Source of the DNA: Selaginella moellendorffii
Lineage: Eukaryota > Plantae > Lycopodiophyta
DNA length: 64,000 nucleotides
Assembly (NCBI RefSeq): GCF_000143415.4
Contig: NW_003314330.1
Span: 124,001 to 188,000 of the forward strand
Direction of reading: 5' to 3'
Translations under genes and position numbers: made by a program
Notes under the pieces: generated by a model
The model's database searches: none
What the model was told of the DNA's origin: nothing
The model's input: only the letters and a program-made list of their open reading frames with translations
Shown here: positions 61,800-64,000 of the stretch, piece by piece
How positions within the stretch are numbered: the first letter of the stretch is position 1
How the letters are laid out: each line of letters opens with the position of its first letter

Positions 61800-64000
61800 A
61801 CAAAACTAATTTAAATTATGGCTTTTGCCAATAGAAGCATTGATTCAGTACTATAAAGAGAAATGGTATTTTTAATTTCAAGCTGGGTAAATAGAAATAT
61901 ATATTAATAGGTGTATACCTAAACTATCTAAATGCATTTAGACCAGTGCTTAGTATGGTAAGAAATTTATGATCGCAATTTAGGGGGAGGTGGGTGGTTT
62001 GACAAAAAATCTTGCATGCTTGTAAAATATATAGAAAAATAAAACATGCTTAAATTACATGTGTGACTTACAAAATAATTTTGTGAGCACAACTTTTTCT
62101 TTATGTATTGGTGCAAAGTTTATATCAGCATCATGCCACATTTGTGACTTTTTCCACAACAATTTTTTTCTCTACATGTTAGCAGGGTTTAAAGTTTGGG
62201 TTTTGTAGGTATTGTGTTTTTTAACATGTAAGTTAGATTTGAAATGCTTTTTAGATGCTATAGGTTGAGCTCACTATTGTTGCATACTTGGGGCATTCTT
62301 TTTATAAGTGAGTGGTTTTGCAACTAATGAAGAAATTATTGCATGCAATATTAAAAACCACCACACTCAATGCCCTAACACTCCAATTGATTAAACTTAC
62401 CATTGCACTACAATTAATTGCACTTGCTGCCACTCCAATTGCACTCACCATCATGCTCTAATTGATCATGCTTGCTACTACACTAGATTAGGGCACTACA
62501 CTACAAATAGGTGTGAGAAATGAAAGGCATGATCAACTGATTGATGCACAATAGTTAGATTAGGGGAGCTACACCTCCAAGCTATGAAAAGTGAGCTACA
62601 ATAGTGAAAAATGAAAAAAGAGAAATAATCACAATCAACACATCACAAATCTTCACACATTAAAATGAGACAAAAAAACCCATTAAATTGCAATGTCATA
62701 TTGTCTAGGATGACATGGAATGATGCTTACATAGTAGTGTGATATGTCATGCCACATGTATACATAATTTACCCCATGACAAAAATATTATACACACAAT
62801 CACATTTTAATTGCTTATATAGCAATCAAAAAGTGATTGAATGCATAAAAAAAATTTATACAACTTAAAATAAAAAAGTAAATCTTCATATATAATGCTC
62901 CCACATGCAATCACATATTTGTTACTATAACCTTAAACCATAATTCATTATAGATAGCTCTTAGAGTGTGAATTTGTATATCATTCCCATGCTTGTTCAT
63001 CTTTTCTTTTTTTTTCTTATTCATCACTTTTATAGGAAATGCATATTGAATAAGAATATTATACTATATAGATTGAGGATCAAACAACTTCATTTCTGTT
63101 GTTTAGCATGAGAGGCCCAATTGGCAAAGTTTTCAATCATAGTCATCATGTAATAGAAGCAATTGAACCTAGAGGAGGATGAAAATAGGATCTTCTTAAA
63201 AATTATAATCTACCTTGGTTAATTGACACTGTTAGAAGTCTTTTATAATAAAAACAAATTAAGGTTGAAATGCATGTACCTCCTAGGGACAAGTTAGGGC
63301 TGATCCATGCAATAGCAATTGGTTGTTGTTTCTTTATTGCCTTCTTTCCTCTGGCTGCCCTAGATATGCCTAACTTCAATCCAGCATGATCAAGGCTTTC
63401 CTCCAGCTAGGAATGATGCAGCCTAGCTCCTATGTCATAAGTGTGCCTTGCATTGTAGCAGATGTTAATTCCTAATGTCAAACACTCTTCTTTTACACCA
63501 TGACTGCACTAACTTTTCCTTGGGTGATGCTTGACACTTCTCTACACTTCGGGATTTCATGGCTGACTGTAAGTCTTTTGTAGATTCCCATAAACACAGC
63601 CAAAAGATGCCAGATAGGCTTGTACCTAAAGAGCACTGTGTTTCTACAATTAATTGAAAGCTACATAAGGATTCTTTTCCAACTCAACTATGGGATGGTG
63701 ACTGAATTCTTCACTCACTTTGGATCTGGAAGAATTCCAAATCACACTTGCATAAACTCAAATAAACTTAGAAATACTATGTTGCCATAATTGATGGTGA
63801 GCCATATAAAAATTCCTCACTTCTCTCTAGAAGGAAATTTTTTATAAGATCTAAGATCCAATGCTCATGATTGTCCAATGCCATTAGACTTCAAAATGTT
63901 GTTTTTATACTCTCAAACCCAAGATTCCTTCATGCTACTTAATAATGCCTTTGCTAGAGATTCCTATGTCTAGATCTCCTAACGTTTTGCCATCTTCTAG
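61800..64000. other. AT-rich non-coding DNA, probably decayed TE
   Basis: No ORF of 60 aa or more; strongly CpG-depleted and TG/CA-rich. Confidence 0.4.

Overview
Eukaryotic land-plant nuclear DNA. Very short GT-AG introns (about 50-60 nt), tight gene spacing and many PLS-PPR genes suggest a lycophyte such as Selaginella (inference). 1-26 kb is gene-dense: NPH3-family 3' end, SAUR, VPS26C/DSCR3, mitochondrial carrier, LRR-RLK, EHD, a broken Crinkler-like NTPase-nuclease gene, LOLITA, SYF2, PPR and a full-size ABCG/PDR transporter. 26.7-50.8 kb is a nest of decayed Ty3/gypsy retrotransposons. Inserted into one integrase is an 11.8-kb DNA transposon (37847-49642) with 24-bp perfect TIRs and a 4-bp TCAA TSD. 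It carries a Sola1-like DDD transposase and, divergently, a large spliced cargo gene with ParB-like, degenerate DNA-methyltransferase-like and NIF/HAD-phosphatase-like domains. About 20 copies of a 22-bp palindrome (ATGGCRTGNGGCCNCAYGCCAT) are scattered through it, many inside its introns. This element is the most unusual thing in the window. 52-62 kb holds a PPR-DYW gene, a secreted LRR protein and a PPR-E gene in a tandem duplication with reciprocal gene loss. All calls are by-eye motif recognition with no database searches; exon limits are approximate.
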